From Takakia lepidozioides (lineage: Eukaryota > Plantae > Bryophyta), in NCBI GenBank assembly GCA_030704615.1, contig CM060733.1, forward strand, positions 7,068,001 to 7,132,000: DNA of 64,000 bases, read 5' to 3'. The notes beneath the pieces were generated by a model. That model was not told the origin of the DNA and did not search any database. It saw only the letters and a program-made list of their open reading frames with translations. Below are positions 1 through 12,500 of the stretch, in pieces (position 1 is the stretch's first letter; every line of letters starts with the position of its first letter). Made by a program: the position numbers and the translations under genes.

Positions 1-278
1 TCCTCTTCCACCTTCGCCAACCCTGTTTGAAAAATTTGGCCAATGGATTAGTAAATCATAACTGACACCAGGGATGGTCGACTCTCTGGAATCCTCTACA
101 TCTCCTTCTCCCCACCCTTTTAATAAAAATTCACCTTAGATATCCCTGTCACTCCAATCTCTTTCTTCCGTAACTCCCTCTCCAGCTGTAACAATCTCCA
201 ACTAAATTATCTCCACAATGCAGTAGTACGCACACCCCATTTCACAACATTCGAGACACTACTGAGTTGTATCCTTCA

Positions 279-1125
279 TCACAACGATGTTGGGTGCAAT
301 GTCCTCCCTGTGCAAGATAAGCAATGTTCATGCCTAGGAGTAAGACTTCGTGTGCAAAAATAATCCAATTTCAGTTAGACAAACTGTCTGCATAGATTCA
401 GCTTTTAAGGTCAAACCTGCTTGCATAAATGTTATCGAGGAAAAAGAAGCAAGAGCAATTCTCATCTTCGGTGTTTTATAACATTTTAAGCAGAGGGAGA
501 GAAAAAGACAGAGCAAGGATACTCTTTGATAATATTGAAGCAGCCTACAAGTTGAAAGAAAACGATTTCTCATTCTCTCTTTAGTTGCTATTGAGCTGTT
601 TGCGGCCCTCTCTTCTTCCTTCTTTCTTCCTATTGTCCCATAAGCTCTTTGAGCTTCTCACAGACGTTATAAAGTACCTTTTCATTTCATTTCATCTCTC
701 TTCTGCGAAGCAGCTGAATCCCTTCTGAAGGTTATAGAACAACGAAACAGACAGACGGCCATTAAAGGGAGATTCAGAATTTTGTTCAATTGAATCAAAT
801 GAAGCAAGAATAAAATTTTAACCGTCTGCTAAAAGCAACGTCGAGAGCATTCTGATAAAAAAGATGAAACAAGAAGCTGGGATGACTCACCTTGGCCAAT
901 TGAAGTGGACGTAGTTGTAACCTCTCGCCCTACATACTGCTGACGGAAATGAGAACTGTATGCCAGGAAAGAAGGGAAAAAGAGGGAGCCTCCCACGAGC
1001 AGCAAAAGAAGCCACAAAACTTGTAACCGACGCTTTCTCTCATCATTGAAAGGATCGAGGAACTTCCCAGGAGATATCTTCCCATTGAAAAGAGGCGGGA
1101 TGTGCTTAGCCCGTCTCATGTCCAT
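279..1125 (-). CDS. Possible small two-exon membrane-anchored protein (~87 aa; exons 1125-891, 307-279)
   Basis: ORF MDMRRAKH...RKRRLQVLWLLLLLVGGSLFFPSFLAY has a basic patch followed by a hydrophobic segment. Strong donor AAG|GTGAGT at 891/890 and acceptor TTGCACAG| at 308/307 give ...GQGRTLHPTSL*. No recognised homology. Confidence 0.25.
661..695 (+). repeat. 3' tail of a dispersed non-LTR retroelement/SINE family (GAC-n-TTATAAAGTACC + (TTTCA)n), copy 1
   Basis: The same motif occurs in reverse orientation at 9281-9313 and 15224-15257. Confidence 0.5.
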
Positions 1126-4100
1126 TGTAACCCCCTCTCAGCTTTTCATCTTAACACTTCTAATCCATGTCTTATTACCTTCAGTTACTTCACTGCGTAC
1201 AGGATTCCAGATCCGTTGCATTGCAGCATTTCTACACAGGTAGGGACTGCTACTAAGTAACTACATAGCCTGCAGTTGTAATGGCCAGCTCCCGGCCTCT
1301 CACGAACTTGTCAGTACTGAGGTGCAAATGTGAGCTTCATCAACCATTCCGAAAGCAAGGATCAACAAACTATCCAAGTCAAAGTCACTTTCTCCTTGGA
1401 TAAGTCTAAAGATTCGATCTTGGATTAATTTCGAGTCACAGCTGACTGTGCGAGACAATGTCTGCAACCCACTTGCCGCGTCACGACGTATTTCTCTTCA
1501 AACCTCCCTGTCGTCTCTCTTCCTACCCACCCCTGCCGCACAAAATGTCGCCATTCTCATCACCCGATCTCTCTCCCAAACTTCTCCTTCCCGGATTGGA
1601 CTCCACCTTGTCAACCCAGACATGAACAACTTGCAAATCCAGCTCCACCGTCAATCACTGACAAGGCTCAATGCAACTACAGATTGAAAGCCCAAACAGA
1701 AGTTAGCTACTTAGGGCAGGCTCTTCACCTTCCCAGAGTTTGAAAGCCCCAAAACGGAGGGGGGGGGGGCGCGGTGAGTGGCTGTTATAACACGACTCTG
1801 TGCCCAGGTGTCCAAGTGCCATCATAGCAGGTAAGCACAAGACAAAAGCAACAGTTATCAAACGGTTGTGTAGAAACACTAGTTTATATGCATGCCACCC
1901 ATCAGTCTACTTGATATGTGGAATCCGACCACTGTAGTTCGGGCTATTTGGTTATTGGGTTTTCCTGCAGCCATGTCTATTGTGGAATCTGTAACCTCCC
2001 CCATTTGTAAAAAAAGAGGTGTCTTCATTTCTCTTGTCTATTTGAATAATGGCAACCTCATTGCACATTTGGGATTCCGATCCTTTACGACATTGTGACT
2101 GTACAGGATAGAAGATGTGAATGTGGGAGCGGTCACAATTGAAAGCTACAGAATTATGCTCTCGGTCAATCGGCAAGGTCCCTCCCTGGACTTGAATAAC
2201 TATCATCATCAATGCCTACATTTTCACGATGAACACAAGGTTCGTGGCAATAGTAAATACTACTAAAAGAATGGAGCATTTCAATTGTGGTTTACATCAA
2301 CTACACCACCATCTTTGTTGACTCTGGGTATCCGTAGAGTATCCGTTTACTTTTTCGGCGTTTGACAGCTAGCAATCCACAGCTCTTTTCAGTCTATAAT
2401 AGATTTGGCTACCTGCACTGTGCAAGGGTGCAGCAGGTGTTGGCATAAATCATTGTGAGAGCCGACTGACCCACTGACGGATATTTAGGTGGGTGTAATA
2501 AGTGAAGCTGCTTTATACGGAATGTCTGGCATATCTCTGGATCATCTCGCACGTCACCAGCGTGTTGTGCAGTGAACTTCGTCTTTGTCTTCTCCCTTTC
2601 AGCTTCCCTGTGATTGGTAGTCTCTACTTTGGTAGCTCGGAGTTTGGAGCTAGGTTTGCGCATGCATTAAGGAACATTATATTGCGACATAATTAGGCAT
2701 GAGTCATCAGATCCCCAAGCATGATTTCTCCCAACTTACTGCTGGAGGACTTTCTGGCGCTTATTACATCAACTTCCTGATCATGGCCGGTAATAGTTGC
2801 TAGAAACATCACCCAGTTGCAAAACTCCCCGAGTATCATGCGAGTTATATTCACATGATACCAGAAAATTATGCAACTCTGATCACCCAAAATCCTCAAA
2901 TGCAGCTACGATGCTAGGTAGAAGGTACTAGGTGAAGGGGGACCCGGTTGCAGGTTTCATCATCGAAAAAATGGAACCGAACAACAACGTTCCTTAGCAG
3001 AGGGCACTACAGACTGAGGGCAATAAAGTGTAGGATTTTCTTAACACACACTCTTCCACTCTTTTCTAGTGTAAATTTCTAGAGAGTAGAGAAAACATAA
3101 CAATAAAAGAGATATAACATATGCGGAGGTCACATTTATCGAGAGCGCTGTACATTCAGCAGGCCAGGTAATGCCTCAGAAATGTGGGCAGGGCCTGTGC
3201 CAGTAAAGTCCGCCGTCTCTCTCGCCTCGAACTGTGCTGTGCCTTGTTGCCCAGAAGGATCCCGCAGTCTCCCAGGAGGCAGGTATGGGCAGGAATCATT
3301 ACTCCGCAAGTGCAAGCTAAGACTTCGTACAGAAGAGTACCACGATGGCGGCTTCTATCACGCACAAGGTACACGGACACATTAAATCGGGTACTACATG
3401 TTGGTATTTGAGCCCACTGCCTACCTACCCAGTTAGCCCTGGCCCCCAAGTCAATTATTTGTTTTTCCTTCTGGCATTGAGATGTGGCAAGCAGACGGAA
3501 CCATTCAACAATCGTACCGCCAGAAGTCACTCTCTGGTTTGATTTTTGGAAGTCACGAGTGGATGCGTGTGTGCGCGTGTGTGTGTGTGTGCTGGCGGCA
3601 TTGACACGATACTTGTCACTAAGATTTTATATATAGATTGAGCATCGAAGTGGTCTCGAATCTCTACAACTCTAGGGATGTGGAGGGTCTCCTCTGATTT
3701 TTTACTTTTCATTCCCAGTGCACATATCTTTTATCGTTATCTATTTTGTGAAGGCAATGTAGGGACCACTTTTGTATTTGCAATTGCAGAAGGAACGGTT
3801 TCTCCTTTTGTCTGCTGTGGGCACGACTGCATCTTTACATCGGATATTAGCTGAGAGCTGCACAGACGTTCCTACGAAATGGGTTCCAATCTGCATGCGC
3901 GCTAGCTGTACCTTCCAGTCTTGTAACCGTTCCTTTGGGAAATACTGGCAAGCCAAAGCTTGTGAATAAGAGCTGCACTAGCCTCACAGAGCTGCTCAAC
4001 AAACCGCAGATTCGGTGTCTTTGGAAGCATCCAAGGTGAAGATGGGTATGAACATCATCAAGGTTACAACTTAGCTCTTGACATCTGTCTTCTGTTCATT

Positions 4101-4848
4101 CCCATCCAGCAACAAGATAGGCAGTTACAAATTTGTCTCATAAACCCCACTACTGGTGATGAGAAAGCACACAAACAACTTGCCCCCTCTACTTGGGAAT
4201 TTGTTTCCCCTGTTGCAAATTCTAGCATAGGGCATAAGCAAACAAATTTGTTTCAAGAGCTAATTGCTTGCCTCTCATTTAGGTGACAATCTTTGAGAGC
4301 CAACCACATATTTCCTAGAAAGGAAATAAAATCTATGAAGCTCTATTGACTACCACACTACATGTGTCCCACTAGACCAAAAAGAGCATGGGATATATGA
4401 CAGAATTATGAAACTACCAAACCTCCAGAAAAAATTAGCACAATTCTCTCAAATTCTTGAATTTCCTTAAGACTTGTCGACCGCATCAACTCAGGACAGT
4501 GCTATGTTTTGGGGACTGAATTGTGACCCTGTGGCTGATCTCATGGTCATTCCTTGAAAAATAAAGTGGTCTAATCTTCAAAATAATTGGACAACTCTCT
4601 GTGAAGTCACCATTTGATTAACCTAGTCAAAACTTCCAAGTATCGAACTGCCCAAGTCAGCTTGTGACTGGAACAAGGTTTTATCACAAAGAGTCCGAAG
4701 TAAAATGGGTTCCATCTCTCCATCTATAAAGTATGTAGTACTACGATGACTATTACTGAAGACCTGTTACGGTGGGGAGCATGATCAACCCATAACTTTT
4801 CGACTGTGTAACAAGAGAGAAAAAAGTAAAGATTTGTAGTCGTCACTA

Positions 4849-7356
4849 TTACCTGAGAAGTGGGGACCTCTCACCCTCCACAGCCAGATCATCACTTACC
4901 TGCTGAAGGCGGCCAGCATCAATCAGCCCCTGCTTGTTGTCGATGAAATAATAGAGCAAGAAAATTGAGACCACAATCACAACCAGCACATACGCAAATG
5001 CTATTCTCAGGCTCCCAGTGAACTGCACTAGGATTGCAATAACGAAGGGCCCCAGCCACGCGCTACCCTTTGAGCTCAAAGCCAGCAAGGAGAACATGGC
5101 AGCTTCCTTCCCAACCGGGATCAGATCCAGGAACAGCGTCCGTGAGTATGATAGCAGAGCACCCAGGGACATCCCAAACCTGCATGAAGAGAACTCATGA
5201 GTATAATGTGGGCATTTGAAGACCAATCTTACAAGTAACTAAGAAAATCCAGTTCCTTGATATTGCACTCAGAACAGTTCATTGATTGAATGACTCAGAG
5301 AAACTCAATCACAGAACAGGTAGTCAGAAAATATGTGTCTAAGACCCTCTCTGCTCCATGCTGACGGGAGGAATGCCAAGGGAAGAGAGAGATGAAGACG
5401 GAGAAGATGTCCACAGGAGGCCCAGAGGGTCCATGGTGCACAGTACAACTGCAAAAACATAAGAATAAAGGACGACCAAGTGCCTCACGCCCGGAAGCCT
5501 CTAAAAACTTTGGGTCCTCGTAAGGAGAGAGAGATGAAGAGGACGCATACCAGGCACCGAATACGAAGAGCTCCCATTGATGTTTCAACCCAATAGGGGC
5601 AAAGAAGCCTAGAATGCCATAGAGAGGAACTGTGCTCATGACAGCAAGGACTAGTATCAACATCTTGTTGTTATCCCAGGACGTTTTCTGCTGGATGTAA
5701 GCGAACAAAGGGTTCCCCACAATTGCAAAAAATGAGACAAGACAGGCCATTCCTGCCAAGGATGCTGTTGACATGCAAAGCTCTTGCTGGCCAAAGAGGA
5801 CCCCGATTTGGGTTACTGTTGTGTACCCATCGGAGAAGATGAAGTAGAATACAAGAAACCGAAACGCATACTTGTGTTGCTGGGAGTCACAAATGAGAGA
5901 CCATACATTTTTCCAGCCCAGCAGTGGCGTGAATTTGCCTGGGAGGGGAGGTCCTGGTCTGTTCTTGAGCCAGGCAAAAGTGGGCAGAGATCCAATTAGC
6001 CACCATAGTCCACCAATGAAGCAAGCCAATCGAAGAATCAAGTTGTCGCTGATGCCTGGAAGGAGAGAGACACTGAAGGAGACCACTACACATAAGGCTC
6101 CTAAGACGCTACCAATTGAGATGCCATTCAAAGATATTTCGTTCTCAATAGTGTTTCTCAACACTTGCTGGTCACTTTCTGATATTTGATCTGCCTCTGC
6201 CTTCTTCATCTGTGGTGTCCCGTCAGTAAGAACAGAAAGATAGCTGTTATAGCAGATGTATGATACCCCATATGCCACATTTGAGATGATGAGGAGAAGT
6301 CCCCCGAGCCACCATAGCCAGGGGGCATACAAGACCAAGCATAGAAAGCAAGCAGAAGCTCCAACAATAGTGCTCACCACAAGAACAAGCTTCCGGGTAT
6401 TGCCATAGTCTGTAAGGGGGCCACATGAGATGAACACTATCAACTGGAAGAGGACCGAAAGCCCGAGGACAGTGGTTGCATAGGAAACAGGATCCAGGAC
6501 TATGGGGCCCGCATGCACCCTGAGAGACTCAATTTCCGCATATCTGTCCACCTACAAGCCCTTGTGAGTTTAACGAGGATTCCACCGGTGACCTGATATC
6601 TCACTACAAATTAATTAACAATTTGTGGTTGCCATGATGCCTTCACAAGTGGCATGGTCCTCACCACATGGTTCTTCCTGTTTTCTACAACAAATTGGAG
6701 GTTGGTTGATAGCACTGAACACAGTGGAGGTTGGAGGTTTGGGCAGACCACCTTTTCCAAGCAGACTTTCCCTGTCATGCCAGAAGGTAAATATCTTGGA
6801 CAGTTATCTTTACGTAGGAAATCTTTTCCAACAAGGACCTATTTTTCCACTCATGGAGATGACACTAAAGTCAACGTCAAGTATCCAGAGGGAGTTCAAA
6901 GGTGCTTATTCACTAAAGAAGCATTTCCCTTCTCATTAAGCTATCACAAACAGGAATGAACATGATTAAAAGAACATTTTGATTTTCAACATACCCAGTG
7001 GCAGTGCGAAGTCGATCACCCTTGCCGGGCACGCAAACCACACATTCGGCTTGAGCATCTGTCACACAGCTCGGAGGGGCCAGACCTCCCAGCTGAAACC
7101 ATGCCTGATCAGTCGCCAGAGACACTAAAAGAAGAGGGAGAAAAATAGTGAGGACGGAGCCGCTGAAACCTGATGAAGAAGCTTCATACAAGTACCATCC
7201 CCACAGCTCCTTGTTTGTAGTGATGGGCTCTGAAGAAGGAATCTGAATGTATCGAGACGTTGATACTGGGGGTAACTCTGAATTTTCCATGGCAGAATAG
7301 GAAATGGCCACCGGTTCAGGGTCTTCCTGCTTGTGATTTTCAGATGCCAGAGTCAT
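4849..7356 (-). CDS. ATG22: Atg22/UMF1-family MFS transporter, ~561 aa, 3 exons (7356-6995, 6543-5551, 5179-4849)
   Basis: Family motifs ELWGWYLYEASSSGF..FLPLLL, GPLTDYGNTRK, YNSYL, FLVFYFIFSDG and SYSRTLFLDLIPVGKEAAMFSLLALSSKGSAWLGP, with about 12 hydrophobic segments. Both GT-AG introns are phase 2 and join in frame (TATG|YAEIE, FGAW|FGMS). Confidence 0.85.
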
Positions 7357-9280
7357 GGCCTCAAGAGATGGAAAGCCGCTCACTTGTTTTCAAGTCACTA
7401 TAACCTGAGGACTCGGAGAACTTCCAGCCAATCGCCGGTCTATCACGAATCCTTCACCCATATTTCTAATCCCAAAACTCTTTTTGGGTAGAATCTGAAG
7501 GTCGACAGGTCTGGTGTGCCTTGCCAAATGAATGAAGAATATTATGAGAATGCGGGTATTTTACAAGTTCTCAGAGTCCGCCATATCTGCTCCTTCCCCT
7601 CAAACAAAACGAAAACTGGAAAAAAGTCCCAGTTTGGCTACTCAAACTTCAGTAGGACCCATTTGACCAACCCAGATAGAGGCGAGATGCCAAATCCGGA
7701 TTGAAATTTGATGACTGGAAAACAAGGGGGTGCAATCCGGAAGAGACAATAGACAGGCCTTTGCTTATGGTTCTTCCATTCTTGAATTCGCACCCGTATC
7801 TGCACACTCTCTCTATCCTTTCCTGTCTTCCATCTTGATGACGCCAGGAGTGCCTGTAGCAGCCTCAATTCCAGAGGCGTCTCAAACCTCTCAATCTTTT
7901 CAACTACTGTACCTCATACAGAATGTCTCTCACTGGAAATCACATACCAGCTCTTCAAACACCCACCTCATGGTTCCTGCCAAATTCAGCCCTTTCCATC
8001 TCCTTTCTTGACGACAGCCAGAAGTGTCTGTCCCTCTCCCTCTTCCTCTCCCCGTTACCAATTCTTCAGCAGTCCCGCACTTCCCCCAATCGAACCCCCC
8101 TAATTCTGTATCACTCCTGCAGTTCCTACAATCAACCCCTCTCACTTGTGCACTAGAAGAGCGAGAACTCTATACCACTTCAAGATTCCCTCCCAAAACA
8201 AGAACGTTAGGCGGCATCCTCTGGTCCGAGAGCACCGAGATTTTTGTCCACACGCTCACAAGACGACAGCGGTCGCCGTCCAAAGAACGCACGAAAGAAT
8301 CCACTGGTCGGTAGGAAGTTGGTGCGCTCGTCCAGTTTTCCCGGTCACGCATTCTGGACGCCCGAGAGAAACGGACTTGCTACGACCAGTCATCCGAAGG
8401 CATCCTTGTGTTGTGTTATGCCTTGTCCTTGAAACAGATTGCTTGTTGACTTCTGTTGAGTGTGGGTGCTTCCAACCCTTCCTCGTTTCTCTCTGCAAGG
8501 TCGAGGCTGTACCTGCCATTATGATCTCACACCAATGGACTCTACAAACATGCTGCTGGCAACCAGCAAACAAACAAAAACCTCTGTACTCCAACAGATT
8601 TCAGCATGATCACACATACACCTTTGTGTCGCCGTTGGAGAAAATGTGTCGCTTGATTGCACTGACTACATCGTTCATTCTAGTATGTTGGTACCTATAC
8701 ATGTGCTTTGGAACCCTCCATCATTTTATGTAGGTGAATGCTGAATGGAGACCTCAATAGCGTAGCCAGGAGGTTCATTAGTCTATTTATTCGACCCTTA
8801 GAGATGAAACAGCCTCCCGGTCAAATTATACAATGAGACCATAGACTAAATGAACTTAGAAGGAATCCATTTGCAAACAACAATGTATTAAACAGGTAGA
8901 CTGGGAAGCACTGTCCCAGCTGATTTTCCTCACATTTTTCTTGGGGCCCTGGGAGTGACAAGTCCGGTTTCTGTGAATCCTCACAGAAAGATCTACTCCG
9001 CCAAGACTACTGAAAACATTCCTAGTTATGGACACGGAGTACATGCACCAAACCCATTCGCAAGTACCCACAGGCAGCCTGCAGAAATGAAAATGACTCG
9101 CAACACACTTCGAACATGCGAATATTAACTACAGTTTATCTCCAAGAAAACTTCAACCGTACAAAGAGGTTTGTGTATGCCAGACAGTAGTCGGTTTCAA
9201 TGCATGTCAAGATAAGAGTCTCAAAGCAAGAGCAAGGCATAGCCACCCAAATGTCAGCTTTGTGTGCAAGAAAAAAGAAG

Positions 9281-9313
9281 AAATGAACTGAAATGGTACT
9301 TTATAATGTCCGC
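9281..9313 (-). repeat. (TTTCA)n-tailed retroelement 3' end, copy 2, downstream of the ABCC stop codon
   Basis: Minus strand reads GCGGACATTATAAAGTACCATTTCAGTTCATTT, matching 661-695 and 15224-15257. Confidence 0.5.
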
Positions 9314-9595
9314 AGAAAGAAATCTAAATGCGTCCGCGTTCAGGAGGGGAGAGAGACAGAGCAAAGAAAGAAAAGGATTGACACGAAGAACAAAGGGAAT
9401 GCCCAACTGATGCTTGTCAAGGCAGAGAGAGGAAGAGAGCTGCAAGGAAACAACCTGAAATGATTCTGAACCAGACTGAGCAGCAGGGTAAACCTCGTAA
9501 TATATCTACCACCATACATCACGAAGGCAACCAGGGGTTGACTCAAGATGGAAAACTCCACAAAACAACCCTCTTTGTTTTACCTACACTTGGAC

Positions 9596-12500
9596 TTATG
9601 TGCCAGTCGACCCTGTCAAGGTCAATTGATTCCAATCAAAAGCTGGTTGGTCTCCATCCTGACTAAGGCGCCTTCTCACTTGTCGTCCCATCACTCCCAA
9701 GCCTTCAACAACTCGAACCAATGCCAACCACCATCGATCTTCTGATACCTCGCGCTGCTGCAACAATTCGGTAATGCTGGCATCATGCAGGCCTGAGAGA
9801 ACCTGGTGGAGGGTCTGTGCCGCATCACGAGTTTTCTCCAGTATGGTGTTTTCCCCATCCACCTCACACATGGCTGTCAAGTCATGCTGTGAGGCTGTCA
9901 GGCTCACAGCAAGTGCCCATTGTGCTGCATTTGCCCACCGTGCTGACGCTGCCCACCTTCTCCTCTCCTTTGCGGCTTCTTCCTCAATCTCCGCAGTCAC
10001 ATCCACCTCACCCATGACAATACGCTGCAAGTATTGAGCGTTGGCAGTACCAGTGCTGCGAACCATGCCTGCAAACATGCTTTCATCCTTCAACAGAAGA
10101 TGTTGTGGTGAATCAATTTCTATCAACCGCCCGGCATCCAGGACGAGGATACGATCACTATCAATAATCGTATTGATACGATGAGCAATTACAAGCATCG
10201 TGCAAGACTTGAACTCCTCACGTATGGTCTTCTGAATAAGAGCATCAGTGCCAACGTCAACAGCCGCTGTTGCCTCATCAAGCACCAGAATCTTTGACCT
10301 CCGCAAGAGTGCTCGTGCCAAGCTCAGCAACTGCCTTTGTCCAACACTGAAGTTCTCTCCCCCTTCCACCACCTCCGCATCAAGACCAAGAGAGTTTCTG
10401 CGAATGACATCTTTCAAATTAGCTCTCTCAAGAGCTTCCCACAAATCAGCATCTGTATGCTCATTGAACGGATCCAAGTTGAAGCGAATTGTGCCAGAGA
10501 AGAGCACTGGAGTCTGTGGAATAATTCCAAGACTTTTCCTTAAATCGGCTAGACCCATAGATAAAATGTCTACATCATCAATTAGAATCTGCCCACCATC
10601 AGGCTCCACAAGCCGAAAGAGAGTATTGAAAATGCTGGACTTTCCAGCCCCAGTGCGACCAACGACGCCCACTTTCTCCATCGGGTGAATTTCAAGCGAG
10701 AGGTCATGCAGAACTCGCGGCAGCTCAGGCCTGTATCTCATTGATAGGTGTTTGAACTCAATGGCTCCTGCTGATGGCCACCCAGGAGGTGGACGGTGAT
10801 CCTCAACAATAAGGGGGGCCTCGGGTTCCAGGTCTATGTAGTTCCCCACTCGCTCAACAGCATTAAAGCTGTTCTCTGCCATGCTGGCTAGACGAAGAGT
10901 CGCTGTCATCAGTGAGGTGATGTTGAGTGCATAACTAAGGAGAAGGCCCATCTGAGGGGCAAATGCTGCCTGGTTGCTAGCACGCGAATTTCCAAACACA
11001 GCCAGTGTTGCTGTCATCCAAATCATAAGACCCCCAAGAAACTCCAGCCGGACAGCAAGCCACCTGTTGGAGCTCATATTCACAAGTGTAAAACGTGCAT
11101 TGGTGTCCATGGAATTCCCATTAACTGAAGCCATTCTGTCATATGCTTTGTAGGCACGAATGGTAGCCAGCCCATTCAAGGCCTCTCCAAACTGAGCATA
11201 AACTGGGGACCGAGTTATGGAGTCCAGACGTTTTACCTCCCTTGCTGTGCTCTGGAAGTACAAATATGCTGCATAAAAACCCATGAGCAGTGGTAAAATG
11301 GCCCACAATGAAATGGTATTCACAAATCCAATGAGAGCAAAGGTGGATAGAAGTTGGAAGACAGAGGTCAAAAACATGTTTGTATACACTGACACGTTAC
11401 GATCAATGTCACCAGTATCCTTAGCAAACCGATTGATAATTCGCCCCATTGGGTTTGCATGGAAGAATGACATGGGAGCTCGCATAATGGAAGCCAACAT
11501 TCCATTATGAAGATGTTGTGCCGCTGCCAGGCTGGAAAGAACCACCCAGAATGAGTTTGCCAGAGTAATACACACCTGACCAAAGGAAAGCGCTGCATAA
11601 ATATAATTGTAATACATGCCACTGTGTGTCTTAGTTGTGGTTTCATTTGTCCAGATGCTAAGCCAGCCACTGGTCGCAAGCCGCACAACTTCAGCTGATA
11701 GATAGCACAAAAACAGCACAACCACCACCCGTCCACCACCCATTGCCTCTTTGTACCTTGCAAGGACCTTGAAACTGATGATTCCGGTCTCTCGTTCCTC
11801 CTGCTTTATGAGACTTGACTTAACCTGTTTCTCCTTCTCTTTTTTCAGGCTGCTTGACTTCCTCCCAAAAGAAGGAGATTTGTCGCTTTTTGTACCATTG
11901 AAATTTCCCGAACCATTCACCACATTGTGGCTGTTGTTACCTTCAGCAACCACATTGCTGTCATCATTAACTGCATCTTCCATGCTTCCTGCATTCTCCA
12001 TGAGCTGCTGAAAAAGGGGCCCATTTTCCAGCAGTTCATTATATGTGCCCTGCTCTTTGATCTCCCCTTGATGGACCAGAACGATTTTATCAACTTGGGA
12101 TAAAAAGTGCAGTTGGTTTGTCACCAGAACCCGAGTCTTTCCTCTCAACTCTCCATGAAGACATGAGTCAAACACCTGACGTGCAACATGTGCATCAAGG
12201 GCACTAAGAGGGTCATCAAAGATATAGACATCTGCATTGGAATAGATAGCACGAGCTATGGAGACGCGCTGCTTTTGCCCACCACTGATGTTCACCCCTC
12301 GCTCTCCTATCTCCGTTGCATCCCCAGCGGGAAGCACTGCTAGGTCTTCGGACAGTGCACTCGCGTGGATAGCCCGGTTATAGCACTCAGGGTCATAGGG
12401 AGATCCAAACAGGATGTTGTCGCGGACACTTGCATTGAAGATCCAAGAGACTTGTGGGACATATGCTACACTGCCTCGGATGATAGCCTGACTGTCTGCA

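Noticed and set aside
1860-4100. Several stop-interrupted, protein-like frames
   Set aside because: I could not assign any family motif; they may be decayed coding or TE sequence, but nothing is supportable without a search.
5295-5550. C-terminal extension of the 418-aa ORF (YASSSSLSPYEDP...)
   Set aside because: This is read-through into intron 2; splicing 5551->5179 restores the conserved Atg22 C-terminus.
8146-8733. 195-aa plus-strand ORF between the ATG22-like and ABCC genes
   Set aside because: Non-ATG start and no recognisable motifs or coding-like composition; probably the promoter/UTR region of the ATG22-like gene.
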